A stretch of DNA of 64,000 nucleotides from a virus. Its lineage: Duplodnaviria; Caudoviricetes. The position numbers and the translations under genes were made by a program. The stretch is from positions 1-64,000 of IMG/VR virus record IMGVR_UViG_3300030333_001364; one strand, 5' to 3'. How positions within the stretch are numbered: position 1 is the stretch's first letter; each line of letters begins with the position of its first letter. The notes under the pieces are model-generated. The model was not told where the DNA came from and searched no databases. It worked only from the letters and a program-made list of their open reading frames with translations. This document shows positions 57,649 through 64,000 of this stretch, in pieces.

Positions 57649-59319
57649 ATGGCCAAGCTTTTTGGTTTCTCAATTGAAGACGACAATAAGAAGAAGAAAG
57701 GTATAATCAGCCCTGTTGCTCCTAATAACGAGGACGGTGCTGATTATTTTCTATCTTCGGGATTTTATGGTCAGTATGTAGATATTGAGGGAGTATTCAA
57801 AACAGAATTCGATATCGTAAAAAGGTATCGTGATATGTCATTGCATCCAGAATGTGATACAGCGATTGAGCATGTCGTAAATGAGGCAATCGTTTCTGAT
57901 ATGAACGATAGTCCTGTAGAGATAGACCTTGATAACCTAAACATAGGTCAACCATTAAAGAAAGTAATAAGAACCGAGTTCAAGAAAGTAAAAGACTTAC
58001 TAGAGTTTGATAAGAAGTCACACGAAATTTTTAGAAACTGGTATGTAGATGGTAGAATATTCTATCATAAGGTAATTGACGTACAGAAACCAGACGAAGG
58101 AATACAAGAACTAAGATATATCGATGCTCTCAAGATCAAGTTGATGAGAGTCAAACCTACTGATAAGGAGAAGGGTGTAGTTGCTATCCCTACACAAGAT
58201 CAGGGTACAGAGACAGTCAATAAAGACACAAAGGTAACAGAGTTCTACACATACTATCCACAAGGTGTAGCACAAAAGTATGGATCAGTTGCTGGTAAGG
58301 GTATAAGAATAGCAAAGGATGCTATATGCCATGTCCACTCTGGATTAGTAGACAGAAATAAGAAGATCACACTATCATATCTACACAAAGCGATCAAAGG
58401 TCTAAACCAGTTACGTATGATCGAGGACTCTCTCGTCATCTACAGACTGTCTAGAGCACCTGAGAGACGTATATTCTACATTGATGTAGGTAACTTACCT
58501 AAGGTCAAGGCAGAGCAGTATCTACGTGACGTTATGAGTAGGTACAGAAACAAGTTAGTATATGATGCAAACACAGGAGAAATAAAAGATGACAAGAAAT
58601 TCATGTCAATGCTCGAAGACTTCTGGTTACCAAGAAGGGAAGGCGGAAGAGGCACTGAGATCTCTACGCTACCAGGTGGACAAAATCTTGGAGAACTTAC
58701 GGACATCGAGTACTTCCAAAAGAAATTATATCGCTCACTAAACGTACCTGAGTCAAGAATAGGTGCTGACAGTGGATTCAATCTAGGTAGATCATCAGAG
58801 ATTCTAAGAGACGAACTTATGTTCAGTAAGTTTGTAGGTAGATTGCGTAAGAGATTCAGTGCACTATTCTTAGATCTATTGAAGACACAACTTATCCTCA
58901 AGAACATAGTTACACCAGAGGATTGGGAGAAGATGGCAGAGCACATACAGTTTGATTACTTGTATGATAACCACTTTGCTGAACTCAAAGAGACTGAGTT
59001 GATGAACGAAAGACTCAATCTTATGGTTGCTATTGAACCTTACATCGGCACATACTATTCAAGAGACTATGTGAAGCGTAAGATACTGCGTCAGACAGAT
59101 GAAGAGATAGAAGAAATGGCAGAAGAAATGGAAGAGGAGAACGCAACTGGTGTAGGTGTACCGCTAGAAACGCAGAATGCTATCATGCAAGGACAGATAG
59201 AGAACGGACAGATTGGTACTAATCAGAAAACAAATATGGGTAAAAATGGTAAAGACCCTGAGGTCAACGGGAAATCTACAGAAGCACCCGAATTAAACAT
59301 CAAGAAAGCTAAGATATAA
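57649..59319 (+). CDS. gp20: Portal protein gp20
   Basis: RAPERRIFYIDVGNLPK and EDFWLPRREGGRGTEI motifs. Confidence 0.98.
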   Translation: MAKLFGFSIEDDNKKKKGIISPVAPNNEDGADYFLSSGFYGQYVDIEGVFKTEFDIVKRYRDMSLHPECDTAIEHVVNEAIVSDMNDSPVEIDLDNLNIGQPLKKVIRTEFKKVKDLLEFDKKSHEIFRNWYVDGRIFYHKVIDVQKPDEGIQELRYIDALKIKLMRVKPTDKEKGVVAIPTQDQGTETVNKDTKVTEFYTYYPQGVAQKYGSVAGKGIRIAKDAICHVHSGLVDRNKKITLSYLHKAIKGLNQLRMIEDSLVIYRLSRAPERRIFYIDVGNLPKVKAEQYLRDVMSRYRNKLVYDANTGEIKDDKKFMSMLEDFWLPRREGGRGTEISTLPGGQNLGELTDIEYFQKKLYRSLNVPESRIGADSGFNLGRSSEILRDELMFSKFVGRLRKRFSALFLDLLKTQLILKNIVTPEDWEKMAEHIQFDYLYDNHFAELKETELMNERLNLMVAIEPYIGTYYSRDYVKRKILRQTDEEIEEMAEEMEEENATGVGVPLETQNAIMQGQIENGQIGTNQKTNMGKNGKDPEVNGKSTEAPELNIKKAKI

Positions 59320-59322
59320 ATA
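59315..59322 (+). promoter_or_regulatory. Late promoter
   Basis: TATAAATA consensus. Confidence 0.75.
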
Positions 59323-59346
59323 GGGTTAGCGTTACTTTAAATTATA

Positions 59347-59547
59347 ATGGACACCAATGAATTGCTAGACATGATGTCTTCAGATGAGGCTTCTTCATCC
59401 GAAGTTCATGATGCAATAAAAACCTTACTCTATCAGAAGAGTGCAGAGAGGGTGGATCAAATAACACCTACAGTCGCTGCTGCTCAGTTTGGTAAAGAAG
59501 AGGAACCAGCTGACGCTGTTGAATCAGAACCGCAAGAAGAGGAGTAA
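59347..59547 (+). CDS. Small acidic prohead-core-region protein (gp67 position)
   Basis: IKTLLYQKSAER motif; synteny after gp20. Confidence 0.7.
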   Translation: MDTNELLDMMSSDEASSSEVHDAIKTLLYQKSAERVDQITPTVAAAQFGKEEEPADAVESEPQEEE

Positions 59548-59548
59548 A

Positions 59549-60109
59549 ATGCCACAGGTATTAAATTTAGTCTCTGATCATGGAGAACTGAGTAGTAACG
59601 ATGCTACTACAGTTGCTTCTGGTGCAAAGGCTGTGAAAAGCGGTATTTTATACATTGCTTGTAGTTCCGAGAAAAAGTCAGGACACATCTCTGTATGTAA
59701 TACCATCGCCCAAGCGGGTGTAGGATCTTTTCACGTAGAGAAAGGTGGAGACTTTTTATATCGTTACGGACACCCCGCACACGCAAAGGCAGTGTCTGTT
59801 TCAAAAGCAAATCCATGTGTAATTACACTGGATAGACAAGATACAAAGTTCAGAGTTGGTGATTATGTTACCATGACTGGATCTTCCGTAGGTGGTTACA
59901 ATACTACCATTGCTCATAAAGAGATAACTGCTATACAGATACCACAGAGATCTAACGAATACACATGTAAGATCACTGTTGATGCGAATACATCATCTCT
60001 CGCTGACTTCACAGGTGAAGCAGAGTTGACTAAGACAGTTATTTTTAGACTGGCACCTGAAACATCAGACGGAAGTACAATGCATTTACACGAGGTAAAT
60101 CTAGGATGA
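59549..60109 (+). CDS. Hypothetical virion protein
   Basis: ATG 59549 follows GGAG; beta-rich. Confidence 0.7.
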   Translation: MPQVLNLVSDHGELSSNDATTVASGAKAVKSGILYIACSSEKKSGHISVCNTIAQAGVGSFHVEKGGDFLYRYGHPAHAKAVSVSKANPCVITLDRQDTKFRVGDYVTMTGSSVGGYNTTIAHKEITAIQIPQRSNEYTCKITVDANTSSLADFTGEAELTKTVIFRLAPETSDGSTMHLHEVNLG

Positions 60110-60753
60110 AGCTAATCTCAGAAGAAATTGAATCAGTAGAAGTTATTACCGAAGAAAAAAACGGTAAGAAAACTCTCTATATTCAAGGACCTTTTTTACA
60201 AGCAGAAATAGTCAATCGTAATAAAAGATGCTACCCATTAGACACTATGGTCAATGAGGTGAAGCGTTATAACGAGGCACATGTAAATACAGGTCGTGCT
60301 CTAGGTGAATTAGGTCACCCAGACGGTCCTCAAATCAACCTTGATAGAGTATCACACAAAATAGTATCTTTACAACAAGAAGGAAATAACTTTGTAGGTA
60401 AGGCACAGATATTGTCAACACCTATGGGTAAGATCGCTTCTTCTCTCATCGGTGAGGGAGTGAAGTTAGGAGTTTCATCTAGAGGAATGGGATCTATAGT
60501 CTCAAGAGACGGTGTAAACTATGTTGGAGAAGATTTTATGCTCGCAACTGCTGCTGATATAGTGGCAGATCCCAGTGCACCAGACGCTTTTGTCGATGGT
60601 ATCATGGAAGGAAAGGAATGGGTTTGGGAAGGTGGCATGCTACGTGAAAAGGCATGCGAGGGCGCAAAGAGAGAAATCAATACTCTCGTAGATGACAAAA
60701 TGTTGGAGGCAAATAAGCTAAGATTATTCGCTAACTTCTTGTCAGAACTATAA
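60106..60753 (+). CDS. gp21: Prohead protease gp21
   Basis: ALGELGHP, GVSSRGMGS and ADPSAPDAFV motifs. Confidence 0.96.
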   Translation: MKLISEEIESVEVITEEKNGKKTLYIQGPFLQAEIVNRNKRCYPLDTMVNEVKRYNEAHVNTGRALGELGHPDGPQINLDRVSHKIVSLQQEGNNFVGKAQILSTPMGKIASSLIGEGVKLGVSSRGMGSIVSRDGVNYVGEDFMLATAADIVADPSAPDAFVDGIMEGKEWVWEGGMLREKACEGAKREINTLVDDKMLEANKLRLFANFLSEL

Positions 60754-60756
60754 TTC

Positions 60757-60764
60757 TATAAATA
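60757..60764 (+). promoter_or_regulatory. Late promoter
   Basis: TATAAATA consensus. Confidence 0.75.
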
Positions 60765-60802
60765 ATAACAGTATTCATACATACGAAACGGAAAGTTAAC
60801 CA

Positions 60803-61906
60803 ATGGCTGCGAAAAAACAACTACATGAAATGGAGAACCAGGTTACCAAGGGCGCAAAAAAAGCAGACCCTATGCCTAAAGCTCCAAACTATGTGCCTGA
60901 TAACAAGGCGATAGAAGATTTAGGAGGACCTACTCCTACAAACGGTAGACCAACTGATGATTCTCATAAGTTGAAGACTGCTACTGCTACTTTTGCTCAG
61001 AGTGGAGACCCTCATTTCAAGGGTAATCCTTCTAAGGTGCAATTACCCGGACCTGCTGCTATAAAGAGCACAGGATATGGTAAAGGTGCTAACGAAGAAG
61101 CTGAGAAAGAAGAAGAAACAGTTGTAGCGGAGCAACCAGTAGAGGAAACTCCCGTAGTAGAAAATGAAGAACAGGAAGAAGTAGCAAAAGAAATCGTAAT
61201 TGACGTTGCGGATGACGTTGCTGCACTCTTAGAAGGCGAAGAACTTTCTAAAGAGTTCCAAGAAAAAACTGCTACAATTTTTGAGGCTGCTGTAAAGAGC
61301 AAGGTTGAGCAAGTTGCTAACCAACTCGAAGAGCAGTTTACAAAAGCATTTGATGAGGAGATTGCTTCTCACAAAGCAGAACTTACAGAGCGTGTTGACT
61401 CTTACTTAGAGTACGTCGCTAATGAGTGGATCAATGAGAATGCACTCGCTGTAGAAACTGGAATCAGAGGGGAACTCTCTGAGTCCTTTATGAGTGGTCT
61501 TAAGACCCTCTTTGAAGAACATTATGTTGAAATCCCTGACGACAAATATGATGTCTTAGAAGCAATGACTTCTAAGTTAGATGAAATGGAAACAAAACTC
61601 AACGAGCAGATTGAGAGCAACGTCGAATTGACTAAGCGTCTCTCAGTATCTGTGTCAGACAACATCCTTGATGAAGTAAGTGAAGGTTTGGCGTTATCTC
61701 AAAAAGATAAACTCTCCGAACTATCTAAAGGTGTTGAGTTTGAAAGTGAAGAACAGTACAGAGAAAAACTATCTACACTCAAGGAGTCGTATTTCAATGC
61801 GAAACCAATTGTAGAAAACTCTGAGACCAACCCTGAGGATGCGATTCCTGAGGATCATGGATCAGCAATGAACGCATACTTATCAGCGTTGACAAAGTTC
61901 CAATAG
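60803..61906 (+). CDS. gp22: Prohead core scaffold gp22
   Basis: KTATIFEAAV, VDSYLEYV..EW and LKESYF motifs; acidic coiled coil. Confidence 0.93.
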   Translation: MAAKKQLHEMENQVTKGAKKADPMPKAPNYVPDNKAIEDLGGPTPTNGRPTDDSHKLKTATATFAQSGDPHFKGNPSKVQLPGPAAIKSTGYGKGANEEAEKEEETVVAEQPVEETPVVENEEQEEVAKEIVIDVADDVAALLEGEELSKEFQEKTATIFEAAVKSKVEQVANQLEEQFTKAFDEEIASHKAELTERVDSYLEYVANEWINENALAVETGIRGELSESFMSGLKTLFEEHYVEIPDDKYDVLEAMTSKLDEMETKLNEQIESNVELTKRLSVSVSDNILDEVSEGLALSQKDKLSELSKGVEFESEEQYREKLSTLKESYFNAKPIVENSETNPEDAIPEDHGSAMNAYLSALTKFQ

Positions 61907-61940
61907 TCAATTTTTAAATTACACCCAAAGGTAAAGCCAA

Positions 61941-63347
61941 ATGTTTAATTCTGGACAACTCCAGAAGAAGTGGCAACCACTCTTAGAGGCAGAAGGATTA
62001 GATAAAATCCAAGACAACCACAGAAGAGCAGTTACCGCACAACTTCTAGAAAACCAAGAAAGATTTTTAAGAGAGGAGAGAGCATTCTTATCAGAAGCAC
62101 CTCCTACAGTTAACACAGACCCATCAGGCACAGGAGCAGCTGGTTTCAGTGGCGGTGCTGCTGTTGGCGGTCCTGTTGCTGGTTTCGACCCAGTTCTAAT
62201 ATCTCTAATCAGGAGATCTATGCCTAACTTGGTGGCATATGACTTAGCTGGCGTCCAACCAATGAATGGTCCTACTGGACTTATCTTCGCGATGAGATCT
62301 AAGTACGACAACCAGAACGGTACAGAAGCATTCTTCAACGAACCAGATTCTGCATTCTCTGCTCAAGACTCCGATACATCATTCACACAGGGTGATTACA
62401 CAGGAGCAACTGACGGAGATTCAGACGTTGGTTTCGGTACAACTGCACAAGGTGGTGGCAACCCATCAATCTTGAACGGTGGTGCAGAGAACGCTTACTC
62501 AGTTGGACAAGGTTTCAAGACTCAACAGTCTGAAGCTTTAGGCGATGCTGCTAACAACGACTTCAGAGAGATGGCGTTCAGCATCGAGAAGGTATCTGTG
62601 ACTGCGAAGTCAAGAGCCCTCAAAGCTGAGTACAGTTTAGAACTAGCACAAGACCTCAAGGCGATCCATGGATTGGATGCAGAGGCTGAGTTAGCAAACA
62701 TCCTTTCTACTGAGATCCTTGCTGAGATCAATAGAGAGATCATCCGTACAATCTACAAGGCTGCAAGACCTGGTGCTCAAATCAATACAGCAACAACTGG
62801 TGTATTTGACTTAGACACAGACTCAAACGGAAGATGGATGGTTGAGAAGTTCAAAGGTATGATCTTCCAACTTGAAAGAGATGCTAACGCAATCGCACAG
62901 GAAACTCGTCGCGGGAAGGGTAACATCATCCTTTGCTCTGCTGATGTTGCTTCCTCTCTAACAGCTGCTGGTCAACTAGACTACACTCCTGCACTCAACA
63001 GCAACATGAATGTTGATGATACAGGTAACACATTCGCTGGTACACTCAACGGACGTTACAAGGTATACATCGATCCATTCGCTGCTAACCTAAGTGCTGA
63101 TCAGTACTACGTTATGGGATACAAGGGTTCTAACCCTTATGATGCTGGTCTATTCTATTGCCCTTACGTTCCACTACAGATGGTAAGAGCAGTTGGACAA
63201 GACACATTCCAACCAAAAATTGGTTTCAAAACCAGATACGGAATGGTTGCTAACCCATTTGCTGAAGGTACTACACAAGGTCTTGGTAGAATTACTGGTA
63301 ACAGTAACAGATACTACAGACGTGTTAAAGTTACAAACCTTATGTAA
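61941..63347 (+). CDS. gp23: Major capsid protein gp23
   Basis: GVQPMNGPTGLIFAMR, ELAQDLKAIHGLDAE and FQPKIGFKTRYG motifs. Confidence 0.98.
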   Translation: MFNSGQLQKKWQPLLEAEGLDKIQDNHRRAVTAQLLENQERFLREERAFLSEAPPTVNTDPSGTGAAGFSGGAAVGGPVAGFDPVLISLIRRSMPNLVAYDLAGVQPMNGPTGLIFAMRSKYDNQNGTEAFFNEPDSAFSAQDSDTSFTQGDYTGATDGDSDVGFGTTAQGGGNPSILNGGAENAYSVGQGFKTQQSEALGDAANNDFREMAFSIEKVSVTAKSRALKAEYSLELAQDLKAIHGLDAEAELANILSTEILAEINREIIRTIYKAARPGAQINTATTGVFDLDTDSNGRWMVEKFKGMIFQLERDANAIAQETRRGKGNIILCSADVASSLTAAGQLDYTPALNSNMNVDDTGNTFAGTLNGRYKVYIDPFAANLSADQYYVMGYKGSNPYDAGLFYCPYVPLQMVRAVGQDTFQPKIGFKTRYGMVANPFAEGTTQGLGRITGNSNRYYRRVKVTNLM

Positions 63348-63368
63348 GCGAGTTGCTTATATACTTAC

Positions 63369-63395
63369 AAGACCCCTTTACAGGGGTCTTTTTTT
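63369..63395 (+). terminator. Intrinsic terminator after gp23
   Basis: AAGACCCCT-TTAC-AGGGGTCTT followed by a T-run. Confidence 0.88.
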
Positions 63396-63399
63396 ATGC

Positions 63400-63407
63400 T
63401 ATAAATA
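63400..63407 (+). promoter_or_regulatory. Late promoter
   Basis: TATAAATA. Confidence 0.7.
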
Positions 63408-63425
63408 TGGTAGTCAAATAATACT

Positions 63426-63620
63426 ATGAAAGATCAAGGATCTATTGCTACTGGTGAAACACCAGAGACAAAATGGAATCGAGGACTTGACATTTTTATA
63501 GAGTCTGTTCATGCACCTGATCATAAACTCAGAGGTTGTGCACATAATCAGCATTGCTACACAGAGTTGATGGATATTAGAGAACATGTGCTAGAATATC
63601 TGCAAAGTTTACGAAAATAA
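63426..63620 (+). CDS. Conserved cyanophage hypothetical protein
   Basis: KWNRGLDIFIESV..PD..LRGCAHNQ motif. Confidence 0.75.
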   Translation: MKDQGSIATGETPETKWNRGLDIFIESVHAPDHKLRGCAHNQHCYTELMDIREHVLEYLQSLRK

Positions 63621-63785
63621 ATGAACGGTAGAATCAATAAAGTAATGATGGTTGCGAGAACCATGAGAATAAAACAAGGTATAATGGAAAAGAATTGGTA
63701 TCCTGAGTGGAGTGATAAAGAAAGATGGGCTGCTCAACAAGCCCTAAATAATGTTTTAGATGTTCTTGATGAATACTGGGAGTAA
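63621..63785 (+). CDS. Small hypothetical protein (54 aa)
   Basis: MNGRINKVMMVAR...WYPEWSDKERWAAQQALNNVLD, translated by hand; coupled to gp3. Confidence 0.7.
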   Translation: MNGRINKVMMVARTMRIKQGIMEKNWYPEWSDKERWAAQQALNNVLDVLDEYWE

Positions 63786-64000
63786 TGGCAGACACTAGGG
63801 TTAGAGGTGCTACACCTCCGTTCAAACTAAATGAACCTACTAATAGGAACTTCCTATCAATAGTTGGGTTCAAGTTCTTGCTGAACCGTTGCCCTAAAGT
63901 TAGTTTCTTTTGCAATCAAGCAAACATACCAACTGTAACTCTTGGTACTACAACGCAAGCATCTTACCTTCGTCAAATACCTATACCTGGCACAGAGTTA
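63785..64000 (+). CDS. gp3: Tail completion protein gp3 (3'-truncated)
   Basis: NRNFLSIVGFKF.LNRCPKV.FFCNQANIP.VTLG, translated by hand. Confidence 0.85.
   Translation, partial: MADTRVRGATPPFKLNEPTNRNFLSIVGFKFLLNRCPKVSFFCNQANIPTVTLGTTTQASYLRQIPIPGTEL

Noticed and set aside
53068-63347. Introns, inteins or homing endonucleases in gp17-gp23
   Set aside because: The ORFs are uninterrupted and of ordinary length, with no HNH, GIY-YIG or LAGLIDADG motifs seen.
18710-63915. Many minus-strand and alternate-frame ORFs inside structural genes
   Set aside because: They are antisense or out-of-frame shadows of recognisable T4-like genes. Scarce TTA codons and TTAA sites probably lengthen the antisense frames.
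1-64000. tRNA, rRNA or photosynthesis auxiliary genes
   Set aside because: None recognised by eye; tRNAscan-SE or Infernal would be needed to exclude RNA genes formally.

Overview
A 64-kb segment of a T4-like marine cyanomyovirus (Kyanoviridae type, probably infecting Prochlorococcus or Synechococcus; host not provable from this window). 1-5.9 kb is an early-gene array of small ORFs. Eleven cassettes (ten here, one at 6.7 kb) each pair a palindrome with a sigma70-type promoter. 5.9-7.4 kb is mostly non-coding and origin-like: TTCGTC repeats, an AT-rich stretch, three cyanobacterial-type DnaA boxes (TTTTCCACA) 12 bp apart, seven perfect GTA-N8-TAC (NtcA-type) palindromes and one winged-helix-like gene. 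7.4-16 kb is an accessory block: a kinase-fold protein, small membrane proteins, an SNase, two SGNH-like proteins, two sulfotransferase-like proteins, a carbamoyltransferase and a GT-A glycosyltransferase. 16-64 kb is the late virion module: gp25, gp6, gp7, gp8, VrlC/DUF4815-type proteins, two tail fibres, gp13-gp23 and partial gp3. A six-gene modification cassette (methyltransferase, four sulfotransferase/P-loop-fold proteins, ferritin-like diiron protein) sits between the tail-fibre genes. The tetramer TTAA is strikingly depleted across the window. I saw no tRNA, rRNA, CRISPR array, integrase or reverse transcriptase. All calls come from reading by eye, with no database searches.
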